Shown: positions 25,700 to 38,090 of the stretch, piece by piece
Layout of the letters: each line of letters begins with the position of its first letter
How positions within the stretch are numbered: the first letter of the stretch is position 1
Assembly (NCBI RefSeq): GCF_004010195.1
Contig: NC_057751.1
Span: 810,462 to 858,563 of the forward strand
Source: Chiloscyllium plagiosum
Taxonomy: Eukaryota
Length of the DNA stretch: 48,102 nt
Reading direction: 5' to 3'
Program-made: the position numbers and the translations under genes
Notes under the pieces: generated by a model
Database searches by the model: none
What the model was told of the DNA's origin: nothing
What the model saw: only the letters and a program-made list of their open reading frames with translations

Positions 25700-26745
25700 A
25701 CATTAGAACTAGCAGCAGGAATAGGCCATCCCCTGCACCTCTGTTCAATAAGATCATGGCTGATCTTTTCAGAGCCCCAACTCCATTTAGTTGCCCTCTC
25801 ACCATATCCCTTTATTCCTTTATTGTTTAAAAATGATCTATCTTAGCTTTAAAAGCATTTACTGAGGAGGCCTCAACTACTTCACTGGCAGGGAATTCCA
25901 CAGATACTCAACCCTCTGGATGAAGAATTACCTTCCCAATTCAGTCTGAAATCTGCTTCCCCCTAATTTTGAGGGTATGTCCTCTTGTCCTAGTTCCATC
26001 TCCCAATGAAACATTCACTCTATCTCTATCTTATCTATTCCTTCATAACTTTATATGTTTCTATAAGATCCCTCCACATTCTTCTAAATTCCAATGAATA
26101 TAATCCCAGTCTACTCAGTCTCTCCTCACAAGCCAACCCCCTCAACTTCAGAATCAACCGAGTGAACCTCCTCTGCACCTCCTGCAATGCTGGTACATCC
26201 TTTCTCAAGTAAGGAGATCAAAACTGCGCACAATACTTCAGGTGTGGCCTCACCAGCACCCTGTACAGCTGCAATGTAACCTCCCTGCTTTTAAACTCAA
26301 TCCCTTAAAAACAAAATTCCATTTACCTTCTGAATTACATGTTGCACCTACAGACCAATCTTCTGTGATTCATGCACAAGGACACCCATGCTGCAACTTT
26401 TTACCATTCAAATAAACATCCTTTGGTTATTCCTACCAAAATGGATGACTTCATATTTATTAACATTGTGCTCCATCTGCCAGACCTTCGCCCACTCACT
26501 TTAACTATCTATGACCCTCTGCATTCTTTTTGCTCTGCCACTCATCCTGGTGTCATCTGCAAACTTTGACACATTACACATGGTTCCCCCACTCCAAACC
26601 ACCTATCTAAATTGTGAATGAGTGCAGTACCAACACTGATCCCTGAGGCACACCACGAGTCACTGATTGCCAATCCAAATAGCATTCATTTATCCCCACT
26701 TTTTGCTTTCTGTTAGTTATTGAATCCTCTATCCATGCTAATACA
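25700..26745 (-). mobile_element. CR1 LINE RT and 3' end (same subfamily as 14145-15415)
   Basis: WIEDSITNRKQKVGIN...GVPQGSVL; long matches to 14145-15415. Confidence 0.92.
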
Positions 26746-26749
26746 TTCA

Positions 26750-27000
26750 CAACTGTAATACAGGAAATGCAGCCAGTTTGTACACAACACAAAATCACAA
26801 ACAGAAACATAATCAGATAATCTGTTTTGGTGATGTTAGTTGAAGGATAAAAATTGTCCAGGACATCAGGCTCCTGCACTTCCTGGAATGGTACGATGAT
26901 AGTACATCACTCATTGAATATGCAGACTTGTCATGTGGCATTTCCGAAGTATTATCCCCCTGATACTGCAGCATTTTCACAGTGAGAGTTCACTCTGAAT
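26750..27000 (-). mobile_element. DeuSINE-like fragment
   Basis: Minus strand ttttatccttcaactaacatcaccaaaacagattatctg...tgctgtttgtg-like Deu-domain segment. Confidence 0.65.
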
Positions 27001-27324
27001 TCTTATATGAATTTAATTCCTGTTTAAACAATGGGAGAAGGATTACAGAATTTTAGGAATTGCCCTGCTACTAGTAATGTGTCTTTGAAGACTTCAATAC
27101 TCCATCTGAAAATATATTAATGTTGACTAAAAATACTGTTCATTTTGATATTCTTGTATCTGGTCGAAATGTGTTCTCCACACTACTTTGTGGAAAACAA
27201 TCTAAATGACTCTGACTATAATGACGTCAGTGACAGCCATAGTTTGGGTTTCCTTTATTTCTTCAACATATCAAACTTCTGTTCTTGTGCCTACATGAAG
27301 ACAGACAGGACTGGCTATATAAGT

Positions 27325-27568
27325 ATAAAAATCTGGAATTAAGTCTCTACCGGTGACCACAAATCTGTTGTCAATGGTTAGAATACTCACCTGGTTCACT
27401 AGTGTTCTTCAGAGAAAAAAAACTGTCATCCTTACTTGGTCTGGCCAACATGTGATTCCAGACCCACAACAATGTGAGTGATTCTTAATTTCCCTCTTGC
27501 CAATGAAGAATGGACAATAAATGCTGGTCTAGCCAGCGACACCCTCTATCCTGTAACTGAATAATAAA
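27325..27568 (+). mobile_element. tRNA-derived SINE (second family), 5'-truncated
   Basis: ctggttcactagtg...ccttacttggtctggcc...ggacaataaatgctgg matches the copies at 2771 and 29397. Confidence 0.8.
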
Positions 27569-28339
27569 CAGAAACTCAATGTGCCATGACTTCAACCAAT
27601 GTTGGGAAAGCCAGTGGTGGCAAGGGGGAAATGGAAATAGGTGAAAGGATAATGATAAGGGGCCAGCGTGTGCCACATGCAGCCCAATCTTGTGGTACTC
27701 ATCAAGGTACGAAGCAGCACTCATGAATGAATATGCCAGACCTCTCTGCCTGCCTGGGGCGGGCAGCACTGAAATTGAATAGCAACTCAAGGAGCCATAG
27801 AAAAGTGCGCACATACAATCTCGTCAAACAACTGGCACGATTGTCTGAGTTGTGAGGTTCTCTGAATGGTCATGGGTTGCAGATTTCCCCCCAACATAGA
27901 CACACGCACAAATGCACAACACATACACACAATCCCTCACACTTCACACAGCATTTCCTCTCACCAGGCAGGTTGATTAATGACAGACAACACAGCAAGC
28001 GACACCTTGGAAGACAGAAATCTTGAAGCCTCACAGCAGGAAGGAAATATCCACAGATTTGCAGTGAACATCACATTAATTTTTTGCACTTGGCCAACAG
28101 TAAGAAGGTGTAAGTTGAACTTCTCCCGCTGCTGTCCAATCTTTGGAGTTAACCCTACTAAGTTCCCTCTACATTTCAGATTATGTGTATTGCCCTTTAA
28201 ATTCGCTCAACCTCCGTGAAAGAGAGACTCACTTTGACCTTTTCAAATAATTTTCTGTAGATATTTAGTCAGTGCTAAAGATTTGTCACGTGAGCTTGCT
28301 TTAAAAAGAATGAACTTGAATAAAAGGAAAGATATTTGC

Positions 28340-28900
28340 TTCCATTATACAGGTATTAGCGATGCCATACTTTGAAGACTGTGATCAGTTTTGGTCTCAT
28401 TTAAGTAAATAGGTTGGAGACGGTTCAGAGAAGGTTTATTAGATTGGTACCTGCAATGAGGGGCTTGTCTTATGGGGAAAGGTTAAACAGACTGGGCCTA
28501 TTTTTATTGGCGTTCAGAAGAGTGACGGGCAATAAATGAGTGTATAACGTCCTGAATGGTCTAGACAAGATGGATGTGGAAAGAATACTTCCTCTTGTAG
28601 GTGAGTCCAGAACTGGGAGACATTGTTTCAAAATTAGGTGTTGTCCTTTGAGGGTGGAAACAAGATCGGCCTGCTTCTGCATCATAACAATTCCGTGATT
28701 CCGTGATTTGAGAGCAGAAATGTAATTGCTGTCTCTCAGAGGGCTATGGGGCATTAACAATTTTTAAGACAGAGCTGGATAGATTCTTGTTCAGCAGAAA
28801 ATCAAAGTTATTGAATTTTAAGAGTGTGGAATGCAAACCATAAACAGATCGTTCCTGATCTTATTTGCCAAAGGGGCAATGGTGAGCGGCTGAATGACTT
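28340..28900 (+). mobile_element. CR1 LINE 3' part (old)
   Basis: LETVQRRFIRLVP...GLSYGERLNRLGLF-like reading. Confidence 0.8.
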
Positions 28901-29035
28901 AATTAGATTAGATTAGATTAGATTAGATTACTTACAGTGTGGAAACAGGCCCTTCAGCCCAACATGTCCACACTGACCCTTCGAAGGACAACCTACCCAT
29001 ACCCATTCCCCTACATTTACCCCTTGACCCAACAT
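28901..29035 (-). mobile_element. HE1 SINE 3' tail with (ATTAG)n microsatellite
   Basis: attagattagattagattagattagattacttacagtgtggaaacaggccc. Confidence 0.85.
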
Positions 29036-29059
29036 TAATTGTGCCCCATATTCATATGT

Positions 29060-30200
29060 TCATGGCCCAAAGGACTTTATAGTCAAGAAAGTACTGAAGA
29101 AAGTGCAATCTCTTTTTAAATAGCCAATTTTGCACAGCAGGCTTCCACAATTAGCATTCTGATGGTCATCAGTGGTTGTGATGTTGATCAAGGGATAAAT
29201 ACAGGGTAGAATATGAGAGGGAATTCCCCTGATCTCCTTAAAATTAGTACAATGGGACATTTGTATATCCACCTGAAAGGACAGAAGGAGGTTGGTTTAT
29301 TTTCTGTTCTGAAACTCACCAGTGCTGACAGTGTGGCACTCCCTTAGTACTGACCCTCTGACAGTGCAGCACTCCCTCAGCACTGACCCTCCAACCAGTG
29401 AGGTGATGGCCTTGTGGTTTTATCACAAAGACTGTAAATTCAGAGATGTAGGTAATGCTCTGGTGACCCAAGTTCAAATCCCACCAAGGCAGATGGTGGA
29501 ATTTGCATTCAATTTTTAAAAATCTGGAATTAAGAGTCTAATGATGACCTTGAATTCATTGCCGCCTGTTGTATAAACCATCTGGGCTCACTGATGTCCT
29601 TTATGGAAAGAAACCGCCATCCTCACCTTGTCTGAAGAAGGATAACACTCGAAACTTTGACTTCTCCACTCCTGATGCTTCCTGGCTTGCTGTGTTCTTC
29701 CACCTTCCTGCTTGTATACTTTGGATTCCAGCATCTGCAGGTTTTTTTTGTCTCTATTCCATATCTGGTCTGGCCTACAAGTGACTCCTGACCCACATCA
29801 ATGTGGTTGACTCTTAACTGTCCTCTGGTGCATTAGGGATGCACAACAAATGCTGCCTAGCCAATGACACCCTCATCCCATGACTGAATAAAGAAAAAAA
29901 TTGGGCCATCCCTCAATATTCACTCACTGGCACCATGACACTCTCAGTACTGACCCACCAACAATGTGGCACTGCCTTAGTAATCCTCTGACATTGTGGC
30001 ACTTCCTTGGTGCTGCTTCTGCAATATGGTCACAACTCCTCACTAGTACACCCTGACAGAAAAGTGTTAGCAGTGCTGTTACTCCTCAGTACTCATCCTT
30101 CTAACAGCATAGAGCTCCCTTCTTATTGCATTTGGCACTTAAGCCTGGATTGTCTGCTCAAATCCAGAAGGCAAATCACTCTGACTCAGGCACAAGAGTA
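29060..30200 (-). mobile_element. DeuSINE-like element with an internal 33-bp tandem expansion, interrupted by another SINE
   Basis: Deu-like segment (caggtggatatacaaatgtcccattgtacta...tttatcccttgatcaacatcac on the minus strand); unit ctgacagtgcagcactccctcagcactgaccct at 29325-29390, with decayed units to about 30130. Confidence 0.7.
29397..29900 (+). mobile_element. tRNA-derived SINE (second family) carrying a PLE mini-element at about 29631-29756
   Basis: A-box-like tggccttgtgg, B box gttcaaatccc, family core and tgactgaataaa tail; the insert begins tctgaagaagg...cgaaactttgac (decayed hammerhead). Confidence 0.85.
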
Positions 30201-31398
30201 CAAATGGACAACCAGGAACTCTTGTGGTGCAGTGGTAGCAGCCCTACCTCTGAACCAGTTAGGCCAGGTTGGAATCCCATCTACCCCAGAGGTATGTAAT
30301 GACATCTCTGCATAGGTTAATTGAGTAAAAGAAAATCTCCTGATGAACGATCAGATTAATGAACCTTACTTAGACATGGTGGAAATTACCAAAATTTCAG
30401 CTTTGTTAAGAGCAACAATGTTACTACACCTTAAAAATTAAACATTTGCAATGATGACTGGAGCAGTTTCTCCTTTCAGAATTTGTCACTTTGTCTGGTA
30501 ACAAATGTAAGTGGACATCTGTTACCAATTGGTCTTTCTCTGGCAGGGGAATTCAGTGAGAGTTTTGCCTGGACCATCACAAATCCATTACCTAGTCACC
30601 ATCGTCACTTGCACCACATTGTACAGAGGGGAACGTTTGAGAAGATCACACATCACAACCACATTGTTTCCCTTCATTAACGGTTGTCACCCAGTGTCAC
30701 AAACACCACCCAGAGCTGCCTGGTAGAATACTCAGCTCAGATGACTTGCTCAAAGATCGTAGCAATGTCTCTCTTTCATTTGCAGATCTCTACAAAACAG
30801 TCTGTTGTTTGTAGAATTTGATAATGCAATTTGCAAAATTGTCTGTGATCTTTCTCAGGCTCATGAAGCATTAAAGTTTATTTGACCTATGAGTTAGGAG
30901 AGAGGGTTTAAAATAGTGAGAACCTAAAATTACATTGCTACCAGCAGTGTTTACATATAATTACATAATTCATTGGCACTGAAGTATTTTTGGACTATCT
31001 GAGGTCATGAAAGGCATAATAGAAGTGCAATTCTCTTTTTGACTCAGATGTTTAAAGGCAGGGTTAATGATAATGTACAAAGAAGACCAAAAACAACACA
31101 GCAACAGAATCATCAGTGACTGTATCTGATCAGTGTCCACAGAAAGTCAGGATGAAATGGTGTCCTGTCAGGGTGTATTTGTGCTCCTCGAGATACAGCC
31201 ATGGGGATCTGCAATTTCTGATCCTTTACTGGGAGAAAGGTACAAGTGCAGGCCTCAGAAGCAGCTTCATAATTGAGACAGTGCAATTAAGGCCTGCACA
31301 AAATCAAGACCATCTCAAGATCTCCAAATGATATCGATAACATGAACGTATGATCCTGTTTTAAAGGCTGTGGAATTGCAAGTTCTTGGGGCACTCAC

Positions 31399-31497
31399 AA
31401 ACTTCCAGCAGAGAGATTAACAACATGAAACTCAATATCCATCCCCACACTTTTAGCACAGTACTCTGATTTGAAGGTGACAGAAGTGTGTTCAATC
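31399..31497 (-). other. Candidate internal exon (99 nt)
   Basis: Minus strand: branch-like CTTAAT, acceptor ctattttccag, donor GTGAGT; length divisible by 3; two open frames. Product not recognised. Confidence 0.35.
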
Positions 31498-34400
31498 CTG
31501 GAAAATAGGCATTAAGCCTCCATGCTTCAGTTAGGAGTCCCACTGAGACTTGAGGGAATGAGCAGAAGTTCTTTATTATTTCCAGCCTCTCATGCTTCCT
31601 TTCTTGAGTTGTCAACTCTCTAGAATTGCTCTGGAATTTTGAGGCATTGAAGATGAGTCTTTAAGGCTCCATCAAGAGTAACATCTGGGGTCAAAGATCT
31701 TTGGGGGATTTAATTCATTCAGAAACAATATGTTTGTTCATCACTTGTAAAAATTTTGCAGATGGTGTAGCGTAAGGCAGTTCTTCAGGGTCGGGTGTCA
31801 GAGGTGAGAGGTTATGTGATAAAACCACTGGGAATATGATCAGAGTTAGCACAAATCTGCTCAGTTTGAACAATATGCCGATATACTTTGTACAAACTGT
31901 CCAAGAAATATATTTTTAAAATTGTCCAAAAGAAATAAATTATTTATTTTTACCTTGAAGTACTGAGTCCTGTAGTACAACAGTATGTGAATTCTATACC
32001 TTGCCTCTCTTGCTAGAATTCCTGTTTAAGTCTCAGCTCCTAAGCTTGACCTACATTATATATACTGGAGCTGCAAGGAAATGCTGTTCTCATCATCCTG
32101 AGCAGCTGGGACTTGTCGGCCTTTGTTTTTCTGTAAGCGTATTCCGCAGTCTCCCGTGGCACTCTCTCATTGCTAGGTTTTTCTGCCAACTCAGATCTAT
32201 TCCCCCCTCATCCAACACATCCGCCTCATTCTCCCCCACCCCCCCGACTCCAGCCCTCTCTCAACACTCTGACCTTGCTGGGCTGCAAACACATCCATCT
32301 CTGCATCTGTGTCAAGCCCGCACTGCGAGATTAATTGCTGCAATCACCCCTAATCCATCACACTTCCCCGAGATTGTTTTGACATCCGGTTAATTTTCGT
32401 CTGATGATTTATCAAATTCTTATTACTGCGTTCTGAAGGGCCCCATTTATTCCGTTGATTCATGATAATGCTAGGATGGCAACGCAGCCTGAATGCTAAT
32501 AAGACACCAACCTCCCTCTCCCCTCTGTCACCACCCTCACTGAAATTCTGCCATGGGTTTAAAAGAAAATAAATATTTCAGGACAAGTACTGCAACTTTA
32601 TCTTGATTGAATTTTTTTTTTAAAAAACAAGAGAGAATTCCTTTGCATTTTCTTCCCCTTCCCCTAAATGTGTCACCTTCATAATGTTGATGTACACTCA
32701 GCCAGAAGGAGAGCTGGAGAGATTTAAGGAGGAACTTGCAGAATTTTGGACCTGGGCAGCTGAAATCACAGTGGTGGAATGATGGAAATCGGGCATCTGC
32801 ATGAAACCAGAATTGGAGGAGACTGCAGCAATGTGGAGGAGAAACAGATCCATCAAATACACAAGATAGAGATGCAGGAAGAGAAGCCCTTCCAGCTGGT
32901 TTTCTGTGAAATCTGGGTGGTCAAAATGAAACCAAATCAAGTCAATGAAGTGACAAGATAAGGAGTGGATTGGAATGCATCCAATGCATGCATCAGAGGA
33001 GGAGAGTGTTATCAACTTGTCTGCAGAGAAGTTAAGAAAACTGAGGAAAGACAGCTTATCCTGATCGTCATAAGGTTCATGATTTTGATGCAATCATGTC
33101 TTCATATTGTGGAAGTGAAGGGTTGGGGAGGTGGAGGAAGGTGATTCATCTTACAAACAAACGGTCTTTATTTTTAATTCTCCGTGTGCTCCTGGAAGCT
33201 CAACTACCTCTTGCCTTGCTCTAATTCAATATGAAAACTCTTATCGTTTAATTTCACCCAAAACAGGAAAGGGTACCCTCAGAGTTCAACCTGGCCTGAC
33301 CCAAATAAATCAAAGCTGGCCTACAAAGTTCAAAACTGCCAAGCTCCAGTGACAAACAGTCTGAAGAGTCCATCCAAGAGCAGATGATGAGATGGGCAGG
33401 AATCCAGGGACTCCTGGGGTGTTACCTGATGTTTCATTTGCTTGATTCGACACATTTTTCAAACTGGAGACTTAATTTTGCACTTCCACCAATTCAGTTA
33501 CAGGCATTTTTCACCTTGAGAACTCAAAACTATTCAGTCAAATGTGCTGGCTTCAGAGAGAAATCGCAGGGCCATTTAAATTGAAGCAGTTGGTGGTTTG
33601 GAGGGATGGATTTTGATGGTAGTTGTGGTCCCTGAGAGGTAGGCTTTGAAGGGAGAGTTAAGAAAGGGCGTCAGTAGGGATTTAGGGTACGAGAGAGATT
33701 TTCTTTGATAGCCATTTCTCATTTTTGACATTGTAATATCTAGGAATAGCTGAAATGTAATTGAATTCATTACTCTAATTGATACTGGTCATTAAACATT
33801 TTGACAAAATTGCAGTCACCGGGGTTCGATTAGATTACTGAGTGTCATGTATTGCTGCCTCAGTCTAAAATTATATCGTTCAAAAGAAAAATGACCCGTG
33901 AAACACAACTGATCAGCACATCGAGAAAGTAAGAGTTAACCTTGATGGAGACTGATGAGAACCCAAACTCCTCTATCCCTGGGGAAAGAGTTTACTGAGC
34001 CATGAATGCAGACTTTAATTTTTGTTGTTTTGTTCTGAGTTGAGGAGTGATGAATTCTAACCTACTGGAGATCATTTGAAAGACACATAATTTTATCAGC
34101 ACTCTGCCACTTAAAATTTCTGAAATGTTTGTTGACCTCCCATTGCATTGCATCAGGAACATCAGAGTGGAATACGTTGTACTCAATGGGGCCGAAGAAC
34201 AAGTTAGTGAAGGGTGCACTGATTGGTGAAAAGGTGCAGCTCTGGTTGAACTGAGCCAGTGAATAAAGGTAGAGTAACGATAGTTTTATCAGACAATAGA
34301 GCTGGTCTCTCATTACAGTGTTTAGCTGAAGGGTCACCACACCTCAGGTAAGAGGACAGATTGAGAAGGGAAGTCCTTCATAGCAACCTCAGATAAAAGG

Positions 34401-34971
34401 GGAATTGAACCACTTGTGTTCACCTCAATCTGCATTGCAAACCAGCAATCAGCCAGTTGAGTTAACCAGCCACCATTGAGTAAGACCCAAAGGAGTGACT
34501 GACAGATTGTCTGGGTTTTAATATGTCAGCTCACATTTGACAAGCATAAAACAACATAAGGAGACAGAGTTACCAAGATCAGACATCATCATGTTTTATT
34601 TGTGTATCATGGCCTTCGGTTTAATGGAGGGTTGATAATGATGGAGGATATTGACAGATTTGTCCAATTCTGTTTCAGTATAAGTTCAAATGCTCCACAT
34701 GTCACCACAAACAGAAGATATTACAACATGACTGCAGAAGCCAACAAATAAGTTAGAGAGAAATGAGAAGGAGCCCCTGAAAGCTAAAAAAAACCCTCAA
34801 AAAATAAAAGAGGGATGGTACAAATAAGAAGGTGCTTTCAGCATCGCTCCCTTTCCCCAACCGAGACAGACAAACATCTATATTTCAAACAGCCTGAGCC
34901 ACAAAACAATCATCAGTACAGGTTAGGTTTCCATTCCCTTGAAGGGAGTATGTGAAAAGGTAATCTAATCA

Positions 34972-35293
34972 AGGCACTGTGGCTCAGTGGTTAGCACTGC
35001 TGCCTCACAGTGCCAGGGACCCGGATTTAATTCCGGCCTCGGGCGACTGTCTGTGTGGAGTTTGCACATTCTCCCCGTGCTTTCGTGGATTTCCTCTGGG
35101 TGTTCCCACAGTCCAAAGACACGCTTGTTAGGTAGATTGGTCATGCTAAATTGCCTGTAGTGTCTAGGGATGTGCAGGCTAGGTGGATTAGCCATGGGAA
35201 ATGCAGGATTATGGGAAGAGGGTGGGATGTTCTTTGGAGGATCCGTCTGGACTCGATGGGCCAAATGGCCTGCTTCCACACTGTAAGGATTCT
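34972..35293 (+). mobile_element. HE1-type V-SINE
   Basis: A box tggctcagtgg, V-domain core, CR1-like tail. Confidence 0.9.
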
Positions 35294-35319
35294 TTGATTG
35301 AAGAGTAAGTTAAGTGAGT

Positions 35320-35650
35320 TAATGGGGTGGATCGAGAGAAACTATTTGCTCTGGTGTGCAGTCCAGAACAAGAGACGATAGAATTCAAATTCTAGCTAAG
35401 ATGGGCAGGAGTGATTTTAGGAGCTGTTTCTATGAACAAAACCAAATAAAAATCTGCAACTCTCACTCCAAAAAGCTGATGGGAGGGGCCAGCATTCAAA
35501 TTTTCAAGATTGAGATTGAAAAGATTTTTGTTGACAAGGAGATTAAGGATAATGGAACCAATGTGGGTTGATGGAGTTCAAACATTAATCTTGATCTAAA
35601 TGAATGGCAGAAGAGGTTGGACAGGATGAATGGCTTCCTCCTGTTCCAGT
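35320..35650 (+). mobile_element. Old CR1 3' end
   Basis: FKIEIEKIFVDKEIK (FK..ID.FL..KGIK-like) and gaatggcttcctcctgttcc tail. Confidence 0.65.
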
Positions 35651-37034
35651 GGAATTCAGTGATCTTTGAGTCTCACAGGGCAAAATTGATAGGAGTCAAT
35701 TCGACACACCGTTGTTTGGTATATAACTAGTTATATTACACCCTGAGGCAGTGACTTTCAATCAGCTCTGCTGTCACGATGAACTGTAACGATTGCTGTT
35801 TCCCAATGTGTGACAGGCCCAAGTTACACCGGCATAAGCAGCCAGAAATCCAGTAAGTGGACATATAAATAATAAAATAATCATTGGTTTAGGAAGATAT
35901 AGGCAAAAGAATAGGAGGTGACTTTTCTACTCCCCTTCAGTTTGACCCAGGCCTCATCTCTGCAATATTCCAACCATCAGAAGACTGACTGAGGAGAAAA
36001 CAGTTTATACATTTATATAGCACCTTACACACACTTCACAAGATCAATCACTCAACACCAGGTCAAAAAAGAAAGGAGACACATGAAGACACATCACCAA
36101 AAGTTGAGGCAAAGAGACAAGTTTTAGGAAAGTATGAAAAATAAAAAAATCCTGAGAGGGAGAGAGGAAGGAATTCCAGAGCTGTTGGCACAGAATGTCT
36201 TAAATCTGGGGTGAACATAAGATTGGAATTGGAGGAAATCAGAGACTTGGGGCTTTTCATGGCTGGAGGAGATCATACAAACAGGGTCAAGAAAAATGAT
36301 AGATCTGAAAACAGGGATGAATACTTTTAATTTTGTGCTGCTGTTGGACAGGGCAAGGGACCAATGGAAGTCAATGAACACTGAAAGCAAAGGGCCTTTG
36401 CTGCTTGTTTCCAGCTCACACAAAATTTAGGATGAGCTCATTGATTCCACTAAAGTGAGAACAGTGTCAGAGCTAGAAAGAGCTCTGGATAATACCGGCA
36501 ACTAAACATATGAAATTTTGGATCCGTAATTCAGGCCGTGGAATTGTGTGATCGGACCTCCTTGCTGAGCTGACCCTGGACAGGACAGGGATTGGGAAAG
36601 GATGAAAGGGCAGAGGTAGGAAGGATGGGCTTTGGTGGGAAGAACACTGTTCGAGAGCAATGGATATCAATGGCATGCCTATGCAATGGGAAAGATGGCA
36701 TTGATGGTAAAGATTAAACTGAACATGGACCGAGGAGAAGACCAATCACTGCAAAATGTTACTGATTACAGAAAATTTTAACTCCCTGCAAACACCTCTC
36801 TGAAATTCTGAAGTCCATCCTTGGAAGTGCTCCTCAAAACCCAGCTCATCACTTCAGAATCTTGGGGGAAGGGTGGGAGGCAGACAGTTACAAAGGAACA
36901 ACTTTGATCACTGACACAATTCAAGTGGGGGGGTGGGGCGGGTGGGGTGGAGTCGAAGGTCAATACACCCGGAAGACACTGCCACTCACCGACCTCAAAG
37001 TTCCATGCACAGGGAAACAATATTGAGGGAACAA

Positions 37035-37378
37035 AGGTGGTGGCATAGTGGAAACATCACTGGGTAAGAATTATAAAACGCCAGGCTATTGTTCTGGGAG
37101 CATTGGTTCAAATCCCACCGTTGGATTGAACATAATATATAGAAAGAAACTGGATTTAGAAAATATGGCGATTTTGTAACTGCTGTCTGTAGTTGTAAAA
37201 AGCCATCTGGTTCACCGATGTCCTTGAGGGAAGGAAATGTGCAATCCTTACCCGATGTGGCCTATATGTGACTCCAGGCCCTCAGCAATATGACTAATTC
37301 TCATGTGCCCTGAGGACTATTAGAAATGGCAAAAAAAATTGACCTAGCAAATGATGTTATCACCCCATGAAATGATAT
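37035..37378 (+). mobile_element. tRNA-derived SINE (second family), diverged
   Basis: tggcatagtgg A box, ggttcaaatccc B box, catctggttcaccgatgtcc core. Confidence 0.8.
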
Positions 37379-37399
37379 AAAAACCAAAATCATTAAATG

Positions 37400-38090
37400 G
37401 CAGGTGTGGCTCACACTCCTTCTCTGAACCAGGAGACTGTTGTTTCAAATTGCACACCAGAGATTTAAACACAAAATCTGAAATGTCAATTATACTGTTG
37501 AAGTGAAAGTATAGTGCACGGTCAAAACTGCCATCATTCAGATGAGGCACCAAATTGTCAGATGCACACTAATGATATGCAAGCACTATTTTGGAGAAGA
37601 ACAGCAGAGTGGTAGATGGTGCTGGGACCAATGTTGATCCCTCAAGCAACATAAGATTAGATTAGATTACATTACAGTGTGGAAACAGGCCCTTCAGCCC
37701 AACAAGTCCACACCGACCCGCCGAAGTGCAACCCACCCATACCCCTACATTTACCCCTTACCTAACACTATGGGCAATTTAGCATGGCCAATTCACCTAC
37801 CTGCACATCTTTGGACTGTGGGAGGAAACCGGAGCACCCGGAGGAAACCCACGCAGACACGGGGAGAATGTGCAAACTCCACACAGTCAGTCGCCTGAGG
37901 CGGGAATTGAACCCGGGTCTCTGGCGCTGTGAGGCAGCAGTGCTAACCACTGTGCCACCATGCCGCCCACAAATAACTGTCACAGATTATCAACGAAACT
38001 ATTTGTGGGGTCTTGCTTTGTACAAACCGGTTGTTATGTTTTTTCCTTTACTTCAAAATAACTATACATGTTGTGAAAGGGGCAAGAGAA
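37400..38090 (+). mobile_element. DeuSINE-like element interrupted by an HE1 SINE
   Basis: gcactattttggagaagaacag...aatgttgatccctcaagcaacat, resuming after 37968 as cagattatc...tttgtggggtcttgct. Confidence 0.7.
37653..37968 (-). mobile_element. HE1-type V-SINE, young and full length
   Basis: Head gggcggcatggtggcacagtggttagc, B box gggttcaattcc, retained CpGs, (TAATC)n tail. Confidence 0.95.

Noticed and set aside
29325..30130. 33-bp repeats resembling a CRISPR-like array
   Set aside because: Units are head-to-tail without unique spacers, sit inside a SINE, and the context is eukaryotic.
31246..31299. 10-bp inverted repeat gtgcaggcct/aggcctgcac
   Set aside because: Too short and too poorly paired internally for a miRNA or MITE; compatible with chance.
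32698..33093. 131-aa minus-strand ORF
   Set aside because: No motif recognised and no convincing splice signals; probably decayed repeat or chance.
35766..35852. 87-nt plus-strand exon-like segment ending in GTAAGT (MNCNDCCFPMCDRPK...)
   Set aside because: Weak acceptor, no partner exons, peptide not recognised.
37900..37968. tRNA-like A/B boxes in SINE heads
   Set aside because: These are the heads of HE1 and the other SINEs, continuous with SINE bodies, not tRNA genes.
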